Source: Planctomycetota bacterium | GTDB lineage: Bacteria > Planctomycetota > GCA-002687715 > DRQF01 | Direction of reading: 5' to 3' | Assembly: GCA_027001995.1 (NCBI GenBank) | Contig: JALTLO010000197.1 | Coordinates: forward strand, 14,781-78,780 | DNA: 64,000 bases | Shown: piece after piece, positions 20,139 to 30,600 of the stretch | Position numbering within the stretch: position 1 is the stretch's first letter | Layout of the letters: each line of letters opens with the position of its first letter | Translations under genes and position numbers: made by a program | Notes under the pieces: generated by a model | What the model saw: the letters and a program-made list of their open reading frames with translations, nothing else | The model's database searches: none | Told to the model about the DNA's origin: nothing

Positions 20139-21271
20139 GACTGCTCCTGTCTGGAATCTCCCAATGGCAGACCACGGGTGGCCTGATCTGGGAGAGTCGG
20201 TTTGCCCCACAAGAAACCTTGGGCGAAGGATACCCCAAGTTCTTCTAGGATTGTTAATTCCTGCCGTTGCTCAACGCCTTCTGCGATCACCCATGCCCCC
20301 AAGGATTCTCCTAATTTGAGGGCGGACGAGACGATGTCTCGTCGAGATTGATGGCGCGCGATGTTGTTGACGACTCGGCGATCAATCTTAAGCACTTCTG
20401 GCTGGAGATCCCTCACTAATCCAAAACCTCGGGCCTGAAATCCGATGTCGTCGATGGCCAAGTTAATCCCTATTTTCTTCAAGTGCCTTCTTTCCTGGGT
20501 GAATTCCCGGTTTGCTGCCGACAAATTGGTTTCGCTGAGTTCAAGGCAGCAATGGTCAGGAAAAAGTTCAGCCATGCGATCTAAGCGTGGTCGAACTTCC
20601 TTTGTTGCCCAAGTTTCTGGAAAAAGGTTGAAATGCAAACACCCACAGCAAGAACTGTGCTGAGCCGCTTCCAAGGCAGCATCCAGACAAGCTAAGTCGA
20701 ATTCTACAAGGCGATCCTTTTCTTTACCCCAACGAAAGAAACGACTCGGTTGGTAAAGGGGGCCTTTGGGCCCGCGACTGAGGAACTCCCAGCCAAAAGT
20801 GGTCATGTCTTGCAATCTCAGGATGGGATGACAGACCGTCTGAAATGTTTCATCAGAGGCGAAAGACTTGAGGAGTTCGTCTATGTTGGGTTTGCCCCGA
20901 GATTTAAGGCGAAGCGTCTCTTTGGCCAGTTCGGGTATCAGCGCCAGATCGTCAGGGTCGTCATGGATGAAGTCAATGGCGCCACGGGCCACGGCTCCAA
21001 TACCTAAGTCTTCCGTTGACGAATCTACCACGGCGATGGCATCAGGACGGTCGACTTGGGACAGGAACTGGAGCATGCCAGCCAAGTCATCCGGTCGATC
21101 AGCAGAGAGCCGAAAGATAACGAGGTCGACTCCCATGAGATCTAAGTCACTCAGGGACTGGCACTGTTTGAGGGTGATTGGGGCCTCGGCTTTGGGTGCC
21201 ATGTGAGGCAGGACACGCTCTTGAAATGCTGGAGGCCCGACCAAGAGAACTGTTGGCAGGTTTTGGGGCAT
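20135..21271 (-). CDS. Degenerate receiver (REC-like) + EAL domain protein (c-di-GMP phosphodiesterase family)
   Basis: EAL-domain motifs: EFLSRG (the EAL position), DDIG, KIDRR, EGVE, QGFLWGKP. The N-terminal CheY-like fold lacks the phospho-acceptor Asp (FRL replaces the usual second Asp). The start is 2 nt after the helicase stop, and an RBS (GAGGTG) sits inside the helicase's 3' end. Confidence 0.7.
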   Translation of the reverse strand: MPQNLPTVLLVGPPAFQERVLPHMAPKAEAPITLKQCQSLSDLDLMGVDLVIFRLSADRPDDLAGMLQFLSQVDRPDAIAVVDSSTEDLGIGAVARGAIDFIHDDPDDLALIPELAKETLRLKSRGKPNIDELLKSFASDETFQTVCHPILRLQDMTTFGWEFLSRGPKGPLYQPSRFFRWGKEKDRLVEFDLACLDAALEAAQHSSCCGCLHFNLFPETWATKEVRPRLDRMAELFPDHCCLELSETNLSAANREFTQERRHLKKIGINLAIDDIGFQARGFGLVRDLQPEVLKIDRRVVNNIARHQSRRDIVSSALKLGESLGAWVIAEGVEQRQELTILEELGVSFAQGFLWGKPTLPDQATRGLPLGDSRQEQS

Positions 21272-21273
21272 TC

Positions 21274-24200
21274 TTACACCTCGTCCTGTTTTGGAGTTTG
21301 TCGGGGCAGGCGAACTTGTCCGTCGTCGAGGATTCCCCAGCCCTTGGTCAAGATTTCTTCGATGCCCTTGTCCATGGCGGCTTTCACCTTTGAGCCCAAA
21401 CGTGGAAAGCCTAACATTCTCGCGGTTTCTTTTGGTAGGTCAGTGAGGGGAAGGGCGATCTGTTCTTCCATGACCCGTTTGCAGGCGTTGGCAATTTCTA
21501 TGGGATGAATGTCATCGGCTTGCCGTGGGATCTCACCCAAGGCCGCAGTGCGAAATTTCCGGTAGTTGCTGGGTTCATCATCACCTAAGAAATAGACGCC
21601 GTCAAAGATCTTAGGTTTTTCTCCCTCCGGCAGTTCGGCGATTAAAGTTGTGACACGGTTGCGCACACGGCTGGTGAGTCGGTCAATACCCAAGGTTGTC
21701 ATCAACCGTCGACACACGAGATTCAGTGACACAGGCGACTCTTGCACAAGAATTGAAGTGATGACTTGCCGCACCGCGTCTTCTTGATTTTCGTCGTAGA
21801 GAGCTTCAGCGCCCAGGTTGCTCTTGGGGATCACTGTTGGCCGATATATCTCCACGGCCTCCACCAATTTGAGCTTGAGATGCTCTCCTTCCTCATCGTC
21901 TGTTATTGAGGCGCTGTTCTCTTCCGCTTCCAATTCGTTCGCAAGTTCTTGCTCTTCCGTAAGTGGCGGGGGAGAATCACTCTTCTCGACGAGTTTGGCT
22001 TCGATCGCTTCTAAGACGCGCTCTGGATCCTGCAACCAGTCACCGCTCCATACTCGGCAAAGCTCCCACCCCAGCCCTTTCAGAACATTGGGGCGAATAC
22101 GGTCGCGATCCCGGGCATTGGCGGAGTCGCTATAGTTGCTGCCGTCGCATTCAATCCCCAAGATGAAGGTATCGGCATTGTCTGGATCATGAATGGCCAA
22201 GTCGATGGGCTGGGAGGAAGAACCGACATGTAAGGATACCTTGTAACCTCGTTCCCGCAGGCGTTTGGCAATGGCTTCGTTGAGTGGAGATTCGGCTTCC
22301 CGCAAACCACGTTGGCCCAAATTCGAAGGCAGGGCGACGTGACCACGGTCGGCGTATTCCAAGAATGACTTCAGGTGCGCCACGCCTAAGGCCCGACTTC
22401 GCGAGAGATCAATTTGTTCGTGGCGTAAGGTAGAGAAAACTCGCAGTTCTTTTCTTGCCCTGGTGATCGCGACATTGAGACGACGTTCTCCCCCTTCCCG
22501 ATTCAGTGGCCCAAAGTTCATGGACACGCGACCGTCGGCATCAGGACCGTAGCAGATTGAGAACAGGATGATGTCTCTTTCGTCACCTTGGACATTTTCT
22601 AAGTTCTTAACGAAAACGGCTTCGGCGACATCTTCGCCGAAGAAAGACTCGATTTCTGGGTGCTCTCTGCGGGCTTCATCCAAGTAGTCTTCAATGCAGT
22701 TTTGTTGTGCTTGACTGAAAGCGACGATGCCGATGGTGTCCTGGCTCAACTGAGGATCGGTCAGGCGGCGAAGAACATCGCTGACAACAGCTTTGGCTTC
22801 ATTTTTGTTAGTTCTGGTCTTCGCTCGGTCGTAGTGGGCGTCTTCAACTTGGACGAAGTGGACGCCCATGTGGTTATTCGTATCTCCCGGGGAAGGGAAA
22901 GTCATGAGACGGTTATTGTAGTAGTGATGGTTGCTAAAGGAGATGAGGTCTTCGTGTCGAGATCGGTAGTGCCAAGAGAGGTTGAGGGAGGTGAATCCTC
23001 CGGCCTCGCATTCGTCTAAGATGCTCTCAACTTCTTCTACCATGTCGCTATCTGGGTCATCGTCTTCGTCATCTTGGGTGCGAAAGAAACTGGTCGGGGG
23101 AAGTTGTTTCGAGTCGCCCACAATGACGGCGGATTCCCCCCGGGCCAGGGCGCCGATTGCGTCCCATACCGGGATTTGCGAGGCTTCATCGAAGACTACG
23201 ATGTCAGCGCGAGGGTAGTCGGTGCTCAAGTATTGGGCGACGCTTAAGGGGCTCATGAGGAGACAGGGCTTTAGGCGAGGGAGTAGGTCCGGTAGGGATT
23301 CAAACAACCGACGAATCGGCATATGGCGGCGCTTGAGTTTGAGCTGCCGCTGGAGAATACCAACTTCTGACTTGGCCGATGCCTCTTTCGAGAAACCTGG
23401 AAGGTTGGCATTGATGCGTGACTTGATCACCTCTGAACTAAGGGAGATCATCTTTTGGTCCAAGGCAGCAAATGCTGCGATCTTACGCTCATGCTCTAAA
23501 CTGTTGAAGCGTCGCAAGAGGAGGGAGTCCTCCAATTGCTGATTGAGCCAGTCTTCCAAGAGGCTTTTCTTGAAGACCTTGAGAGCATTTTCTCCTGCCA
23601 ATGAACCATCGCCCAAACTTTTCCCTAGTTCTTCTAAGCCTTTCTCTTGAGCTCTTGCCATCAAGTGTGACCAATGGCACCAATCTCGCAGATCTCTTCT
23701 GCCGTCGAGGAGGTTGTCGAGAGTTTTCCCCAGACGGTCGAAATATCCCTCGTCGTTTTCTGACCCAAAGGCCGCAAGTTTGTCGAAATGGACAATGTTA
23801 TCGAGGGCCTCCAAGCGATGATCTAATTGGAGGAGATCGTTCAAGAAGGTGTCCATGTCTTGACGCAGAGAAGATGGACCAATAAGTTGGTCACTGTCTT
23901 CAACTGCAAGTCTGATTGCCCGTTCACGAAAACCGCCAGCGACCCAGTCAGCGTTGTGGCTGAGTTGAGCTAATTCCTGACGGAAGGATTCGGCCCAGGC
24001 AATGATCTCTTGTAGTTTCTGCCAGTCGCTCCTGGCCCCTCGCCAATGATGACCGAAGAATCGCTTTTCTTGGTCGCAAATCTCTGCCAGCTGGCGTTCT
24101 TCTTCTCTTAGTTTTTGGATGCGTCCTAAGTCGAGGACCAGGGTGTCCGTGTCCGCCAGAGAACCTCTTACGAAGGGTTTGAGTGCTCTTTTGGTGAGGA

Positions 24201-27200
24201 AGACTCGAATCCAGGAGAGGGGTGGGAATGAGGAACGGGCCTTCTGCAAAGAAGTGAGCCATGACGTGACATCTGTGGCCAGAAGCTCATCTAAGTATCG
24301 TCTCTCCAATTCCATTCGGAGATCGGCCAGTTGGCGACCTCGATCCAATGAAGGTTTTAGACTCTCTTTGATTCCTTCCCATCCAGGTTCGGTCAGTAGA
24401 TCGCGGCTACTGCCAGGGTTTTCTAAGAGCAAGGCGAAAAGACGCCTCAAGCCGTCAAGCTGGCCACGGGAGTCTGTTTCGACGTTCTCTGGTAATCCGA
24501 GCTCTTCGCCAATGGCAATGCGACTTCGGCTAAGATCCTTTTTTGACTTTTGTGCGGCTCGAACGGCTTGGTCAATATGGTCGGCTAGCTTGGGGCTCCA
24601 ATCGCTGACTTGAATCGAATGCAACAAATGGTCATTCACGGGGGCGACCATCTTGGCAGCTGTTCCTAATGAACCGGCTAACTCTCCTAATTCATCGACT
24701 TCGCTCCGGTGGATTTCATGAACGTGGGCGAGATTCAATTGGACGCGTGGCAAGTCGCCCATGTTGGCTAGTCTTGAGGTGGCTTGAAAGATGCTGAGGC
24801 CCGGGGGTCTTCGAGAATGAATCTCTTGGACATAGTCGTTGAGGTCTTTTCTACGGTCCGTGAGTTCTTCTGCTAACTCTTCCCATTCTCCTGTACTTTT
24901 GTGGGCTGTGGCGGTCATTGCTGTCTGAAGTTGATCTAAGACATGGCGTTTGCTGGTTTTCTTAGAGTGGAGCTCTAAACAACTGGACGCCAGGCCGATC
25001 TTGCTTAAGCGATCGTGAACCACGTTGAGGGCAGCCATTTTCTCTGCCACGAAAAGGACACGTTTTCCCCTCGATAGGCAATGAGCAATGAGGTTGGTGA
25101 TCGTTTGAGACTTTCCCGTTCCTGGGGGGCCTTGCAGTACGAAGGTATGACCTTGGGCCGCCGCTATAACGGCGCTCAGCTGGGATGAGTCAGCGTCCAT
25201 GGGGCAAAGATTTTCGCCAGCAGGCAGGATCTTGTCTAGTTCAGAAGCTTGAGGGTAAACAACGTTACCCTCGAATGCCGAGCCTGGGGTTTCGACCAAA
25301 TGACGTACGACTTTGCTATTGAGAAGAGAATCTTGATGGCTCTCCAAGTCTGCCCACATGAGAAACTTATTAAAGGAGAATAACCCCAGGGCACAGTTGT
25401 TGACCACGTCCCAGCGTGGCACATCCATGATGACCTTTCTGAAGTTCTTCAGAGCAAGGTCGATGTCGACGCCGTTTTCATCTTCGGGGAGCGTCTTCAG
25501 GTGATCGGTATCCAAGCCGAAGTCTTGCTTCAACTTCTCCAATAAGGTGGTATTGATGCGCGCATCCTCGTCGCCTCGCTGAAGGCGGAATCCCTCGCGG
25601 ATGCTCTTGCGCGTCAAGTGCATGGGCAAGAGAATAATGGGTGCCAATCGTTCCAGGTTGCTGCTTTCGTTTTCTTTCCAGGACAAGAATCCCAAAGCCA
25701 AGAAGAGCGTGTTGGAGCCCGTCTCTTCCAACTCGTTACGGCTGGCTCGATACAGATCCAGCAATTTGCCGTCGAGATTTTTTTCGTCGGTGTCAACATG
25801 GACGATGCGGTTGTTCAGGTCTTCAGCCAGAATCGATACTTTACTGTCTTCATGAAGGCGATCTTTCTGAATAGTCATGTCGCGGGGTGAATTGGCTATT
25901 TGCTCGCCAGGGCGCCCGCGGAGGGTGAAGGAGACGCCACCTTCCACGGCATCTTCGAACCCTCCCAAGTCGGGAATTAAGAGAGGAATATTCTTCTTGG
26001 TTGGGCGGAAATTGAGAAGACGGTTGCGGAGGGACAAGTCCAAGAGTTTTCTTTGCCATCGACGAATGCGGCTGTCTTCCTCAGGCGCTTGTTGTTCGAC
26101 AGTTGGGGCTTCGATTGCCTGAAGGGGCACGATGGTGGTGGCATCTTCGACTTCAGCTCCCAGGGTGGCCAAGTCTTCAGGAGATATCCTTGTTGTGGTG
26201 ACGCCGAAATATTCTCCCTCGCTTTCGAATTCTTGCGAGGCTTGGGGTAGTGGGCGAATCTTGAGCTTGCGGGCTCTGCGGATGTCAATGACAGCGCAAA
26301 AGTCGTCTCCGTTGTCCAGGTGTTTCCTGCCATCACTTCTGGCAACATGAAAGGGAACTAAAGGTCGATTGGCCAGTAAGGTGGACTCGAAGACAACAAT
26401 GTCTTCAACGTCGATTCGCTTGCGCAAAGAAGTCACGTCATCGATTGTTGGTTCTGGGAAACAGTGATCGCTGACCCAAGCTCCACAAAAGGCATGACCT
26501 TTGGTCAAGACGATAATGGGGTTGAGGCCGCATTGTTCCATGACACTGGCAGCGAGGAGGGAAAGGTCCAGGCAATTGCCAACTTTGTCTTGGAGAATCA
26601 CGTCCGGAAAACGGACCTTTTGGCCGTCATCTTCAAAGCTGGCTGGCACGCCCACATAACCCAAATCTTCTCGGGCCAGAGTTTCATAAATGGATCGAAT
26701 CTGTTCGATCACGCCGTTGGGGTCACCGCTTTGGTAGCCATCCAAGATCGGAATGGACTGACGCTCTTCGTGAGTGCGGACGGTCTTTCCGATGAGTGCA
26801 TTGACCCCTCGGCTGTTCGGAAGAACAAAGGCTGCTAAGACTTCCGGGAGAGTGCTAAGACCGGGCCATTCATTAAATGCCAAGACTTCAACGGGGAATC
26901 CCTTCACGGAAGGGCTCTTGCCACGAGCCGAAACAGTTACTTCTAATTCGGTTTCTTGACGTTCGGATTGCTCTTTCAGACGATCGACGTTGAGAGGCAA
27001 ACTGATGTGCTCGAGGTTGATTTCTTCTTCTGGGGCGATTCGATCCAGGCGAATGTGAAGTTCTTCTGAGAGGCCGCTACCCAATTGAATGGCGATCGTG
27101 ACATCGTCCAAGGCCTCTGAAGAGTTGACCAAGTTGAGGCGCTTCACCACCGGAACATCGTTTTGTTGCATGGCGAAATTGACCAAACGGTCGTAATCCA

Positions 27201-27354
27201 AATGGAGCTCAACAGTGGTAGGGGGCAATTCTGGGGTGGTTTCTTCCCTATTTTCCTCTAAGTCACTTGTTTGATCTGCTTGAATCGAGGAATTCACCCT
27301 ATCCCCATCTTCATTTGAGCTATTTTCGCCGATTTTGCTGTCCTGGTCTGCCAT
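21274..27354 (-). CDS. Hhe-like giant superfamily-1 (Upf1-like) helicase-nuclease: N-terminal transglutaminase-like domain, DUF4011, AAA_11/AAA_12 helicase, Vsr/DUF559-like endonuclease fold, DUF3320 tail
   Basis: Walker A GPPGTGKSQT. AAA_12 motifs SWHYRSRHEDLISFSN and VAITRARKEL. An REase-like block (ILGIECDGSNYSDSANARDRDRIRPNVLKGLGWELCRVW). N-terminal papain-like block GNCLDLSLLAASVMEQCGLNPIIVLTKGHAFCGAW. Confidence 0.75.
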   Translation of the reverse strand: MADQDSKIGENSSNEDGDRVNSSIQADQTSDLEENREETTPELPPTTVELHLDYDRLVNFAMQQNDVPVVKRLNLVNSSEALDDVTIAIQLGSGLSEELHIRLDRIAPEEEINLEHISLPLNVDRLKEQSERQETELEVTVSARGKSPSVKGFPVEVLAFNEWPGLSTLPEVLAAFVLPNSRGVNALIGKTVRTHEERQSIPILDGYQSGDPNGVIEQIRSIYETLAREDLGYVGVPASFEDDGQKVRFPDVILQDKVGNCLDLSLLAASVMEQCGLNPIIVLTKGHAFCGAWVSDHCFPEPTIDDVTSLRKRIDVEDIVVFESTLLANRPLVPFHVARSDGRKHLDNGDDFCAVIDIRRARKLKIRPLPQASQEFESEGEYFGVTTTRISPEDLATLGAEVEDATTIVPLQAIEAPTVEQQAPEEDSRIRRWQRKLLDLSLRNRLLNFRPTKKNIPLLIPDLGGFEDAVEGGVSFTLRGRPGEQIANSPRDMTIQKDRLHEDSKVSILAEDLNNRIVHVDTDEKNLDGKLLDLYRASRNELEETGSNTLFLALGFLSWKENESSNLERLAPIILLPMHLTRKSIREGFRLQRGDEDARINTTLLEKLKQDFGLDTDHLKTLPEDENGVDIDLALKNFRKVIMDVPRWDVVNNCALGLFSFNKFLMWADLESHQDSLLNSKVVRHLVETPGSAFEGNVVYPQASELDKILPAGENLCPMDADSSQLSAVIAAAQGHTFVLQGPPGTGKSQTITNLIAHCLSRGKRVLFVAEKMAALNVVHDRLSKIGLASSCLELHSKKTSKRHVLDQLQTAMTATAHKSTGEWEELAEELTDRRKDLNDYVQEIHSRRPPGLSIFQATSRLANMGDLPRVQLNLAHVHEIHRSEVDELGELAGSLGTAAKMVAPVNDHLLHSIQVSDWSPKLADHIDQAVRAAQKSKKDLSRSRIAIGEELGLPENVETDSRGQLDGLRRLFALLLENPGSSRDLLTEPGWEGIKESLKPSLDRGRQLADLRMELERRYLDELLATDVTSWLTSLQKARSSFPPLSWIRVFLTKRALKPFVRGSLADTDTLVLDLGRIQKLREEERQLAEICDQEKRFFGHHWRGARSDWQKLQEIIAWAESFRQELAQLSHNADWVAGGFRERAIRLAVEDSDQLIGPSSLRQDMDTFLNDLLQLDHRLEALDNIVHFDKLAAFGSENDEGYFDRLGKTLDNLLDGRRDLRDWCHWSHLMARAQEKGLEELGKSLGDGSLAGENALKVFKKSLLEDWLNQQLEDSLLLRRFNSLEHERKIAAFAALDQKMISLSSEVIKSRINANLPGFSKEASAKSEVGILQRQLKLKRRHMPIRRLFESLPDLLPRLKPCLLMSPLSVAQYLSTDYPRADIVVFDEASQIPVWDAIGALARGESAVIVGDSKQLPPTSFFRTQDDEDDDPDSDMVEEVESILDECEAGGFTSLNLSWHYRSRHEDLISFSNHHYYNNRLMTFPSPGDTNNHMGVHFVQVEDAHYDRAKTRTNKNEAKAVVSDVLRRLTDPQLSQDTIGIVAFSQAQQNCIEDYLDEARREHPEIESFFGEDVAEAVFVKNLENVQGDERDIILFSICYGPDADGRVSMNFGPLNREGGERRLNVAITRARKELRVFSTLRHEQIDLSRSRALGVAHLKSFLEYADRGHVALPSNLGQRGLREAESPLNEAIAKRLRERGYKVSLHVGSSSQPIDLAIHDPDNADTFILGIECDGSNYSDSANARDRDRIRPNVLKGLGWELCRVWSGDWLQDPERVLEAIEAKLVEKSDSPPPLTEEQELANELEAEENSASITDDEEGEHLKLKLVEAVEIYRPTVIPKSNLGAEALYDENQEDAVRQVITSILVQESPVSLNLVCRRLMTTLGIDRLTSRVRNRVTTLIAELPEGEKPKIFDGVYFLGDDEPSNYRKFRTAALGEIPRQADDIHPIEIANACKRVMEEQIALPLTDLPKETARMLGFPRLGSKVKAAMDKGIEEILTKGWGILDDGQVRLPRQTPKQDEV

Positions 27355-27602
27355 GAGTCAAAAAGCTCTCTCTTATCTCTCGTTTCGCTATGGTTCACGT
27401 ACCTTGGAGGCATGGATACGATTCGCAATTTCTCGCGCCTTTATACTATTTGTCCCCGAATAAGGCCTGGGGGGAGGCGCCCTCTCACTCTACCGTTCTA
27501 AAGCCTTTGGCCAAGATGCCTTAAAGCTTGAGAAAATACCCCGCAATTTCGGCCAGTTTTCTTAGTATAGAGTCCCGTCATCAAACTTTGGAAATACTTG
27601 CT

Positions 27603-30600
27603 ATGACCACAGATAAACCCAAGAAATCAGCACTCGGCCGCATCATGCGGGCTGTCTTGCTTCTCATTCTTCTCGTCGCCGTTCTCGTGGCCCTGGCTCC
27701 CACACTTTTCTCTGGTTTTATCCAAGGAAAGATCGTTGAAGCCATGGAGGAGAGTCTCGATGCCAAAGTCACCATGGAGGATTTTTCTTTCGGGTGGATG
27801 AGCGGCAGCCAAATCGAAGGATTTACGATGACCCGGCCGGGAGAATCGGAGCCTTGCTTGTCCGTTGGCAAGGTGACGACCGCCCCAAGTTTGAGTGATA
27901 TCTTGGCGTCCCGCTTTATCGTTGAGGACATCGTCGCAGAAAATGTGACTGTGAGAATCAAACGAAACGAAACAGGGGTCGATTGGCAAGACATTGCCAA
28001 GGGGCCGAAGAAGAAGGGAGAGAAGACCGGATCCGAATCTACTGAGATTCCAGATTTCTTGGTCAGAGCTCGCGTCAACAACCTTCGTATCGTCTATTCG
28101 GACATCAAATTGGATCGAGCCCTCGATTTCCCAGGAATGAACGTTTCTTTGGAGGCTTCTCGAGGTGCTGACCTGAAGGTAAAAGTCACGGGACCATCTG
28201 GTCTTGACTGTGACCTAAAGTGCCAGTTGTTTGATGGCGATCGCTTGCTTCCCAATGACAAAATAACAGCCACAGGAACTTTGTCCTGGAGCGATCTGCA
28301 ACTCTTCGATTACCAACCACATCTGGGTCAATACCTGAGTGGTCTTTCCGGCACAGTGAACACCCACTATAACCTGAACTACGGCCCTCAAGGTGCTACT
28401 CGGGTAAGCGGTAAGACACAGTGGCAAGGCCTCGTGGCAAAAACCTCTGCTGGCGGCGTGGCTTCGACTTCGGGAACGATTGACAACACTGTCCTCATGG
28501 CTGAGGGGCAGCCCCCGGTCGTCGAAGCTCTCATCAATCTCAGCGACGTTGAGATTGTCGGAATGCCCAATCAAAAGAAGGCAGTTCCATGCGGCACAGG
28601 GGTGGTGAATGTCAAGATGGCGGGGGACCTACTGACTTTGAGCCAATGTGAAGTTGCTGTCCCTGGTGGGAAATTCTCTCTCAGCGGTGACTATGCCATG
28701 GGAGATCAACCCAGTCGTGGCATGCGTTTGGACGCAAACACAGATTTGTCCATTTGGTCAACTTACTTCGAAGGCATCCCAGATTTGGGTGGCAAAGTCC
28801 AGGTTGGTGGGCTTATTCCTGGTGACATGACTCGAAACCCTATTGATCTCAAGGTTTTAGTCGATGCTCTCAAGTTGACCGGTGGCCCCCTGGGAGAGAA
28901 ATCCTACAATTGCGGCAAGACCACTTTCGACCTTCAATTGACACAGCCCCAAACCCCCGAAGGTTCTCAAGACATCATTGTCAAGAGTCGAAGCCGCATG
29001 TGGCAAGTTGATCTGAATTCATCTTTGCGAAGCAAAGCGAGTGCAGCATTCGGAATGCTCGGACAAGCAAAGATCAAGGGTAATTGTGACATGGAGCAAT
29101 TCTTGGCGCCGTTCACCGACTCTCGGGGGCAAGGTCGGGTGAGTTTCGATTTCTTGGCTGGTCTCGAGGAGGACAAAGTCCAAATCCAGAACGCCACGGT
29201 TCGAGGACCTGGGGCCACGGCTCAGTTCTCTGGGCAAGTTGGCCGTCGGGCTGATGGTTGGGGCTTCATGTTCGATGGCAAGGATGTCACCTACCAACGG
29301 GGAGATGGAATCGGGATCGTTATGCCCAAGCTCTTGGGGCGGGGCACCTGGAATGAGAAATCCCATGCTGTTCAAGGGCGGATCTCTATCGACGATGTTC
29401 GCACTGTTGGTGGACAAAGGGCGACCATGAAGGGCGGAGCAGTCCTGGTTGACTTTGACGGTTCTGTGGATCAGGAGAAGGGACGATACCAGATCAATTT
29501 TGGTCGCTTGAACTTGGCTGGTTTTCAGGGCAAAGGCGGTATTGACTATGCCAAGGACACGGGGCTGGGAAAGCTGAGTATCGTAGGAGAGGCTGACTAT
29601 GCTGAGCTGAGCTCTCGTTGGTTAAGGCTCTACGATCCCCAAGCCACAGGGCAGGGTAAAGGCCCGGTTGTTCTTGAAATCGACCCGAAAGGAGGCAACT
29701 GGAGCCAAGCTTCTGGGCGACTTGATCTCCAAGTTCCAGGTTTGAAATCCCAAGGTTTCGATTTGGCCGATCTCGTTATCAAGGGGACTATGAATAATGG
29801 CAAAGGCAAGATCACCCAGGGTGGGGGCCGACTTAATGACGGCACGGTGAAACTCACCGGTGATGTTGACTTCACTGGGGAAAACATGGTGTTCAATACG
29901 AATGCCGAAATGAAAGGCGTGAGGCTGGTGAAAGAGTGGCAACCTGCTATCGCCCGTGTGATTCCTCTTTTTGCAGGTATCGGCGTCACGGCGGAAGGAG
30001 TCATCAATATGAATCTGACGGCGGATGGTGTTGGCGATACCTGGGACTCAATCAAACCCCGATTGAATGGTGATGGCAGCTTGGGGCTTGGTAACGGCCG
30101 CATTGTTGGTTCGCCAATTCTCAGGACTTTTGGTTTGGCCTTGGGTTTCGACCCGAACATGTCGATTCGGGATATCAACAGTGCCTTCCAAATCAAGAAT
30201 GGTGGAGTTCACCAAGAAGGCTTGTTGGCTGACTTCGGCACATTCCAGATGAAGATGGGTGGAATTACTTACTTGGATGGAAGGTTGGATTATGACGTTG
30301 GTTTTAAGCCCGTGTCTCAGAACCCAAGCAATTGGCAGCGTTTCGCATCTTTGGTTGCCAACGATGGCTTCTTGCCCCTGAAGCTCCGGGGGACTGTTGA
30401 TTCCCCGAAGCCTGGTCTTCCGGATCCAGCCAAGCTGATAGAAGCTGGGGCGAGAAAGCTCCTCGGGGATGGCATTGGTAACCTACTTGGGGGTGATAAG
30501 AAGAAGAACGGGAAGAGCCAGGGGATTGGCGGTATTTTGAAAGGCCTCGGCGGTAATAAGAGTAAGTCAAAAGATGACCCCAAGAAAAAGAATGCTTCGG

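Noticed and set aside
21818-24613. Multiple plus-strand ORFs of 60-160 aa
   Set aside because: Antisense shadows inside the 6-kb helicase gene.
27581-30196. Several 100-190 aa minus-strand ORFs (27581..28081, 27627..27989, 29019..29417, 29630..30196)
   Set aside because: All are antisense shadows within the 1104-aa AsmA-like gene.
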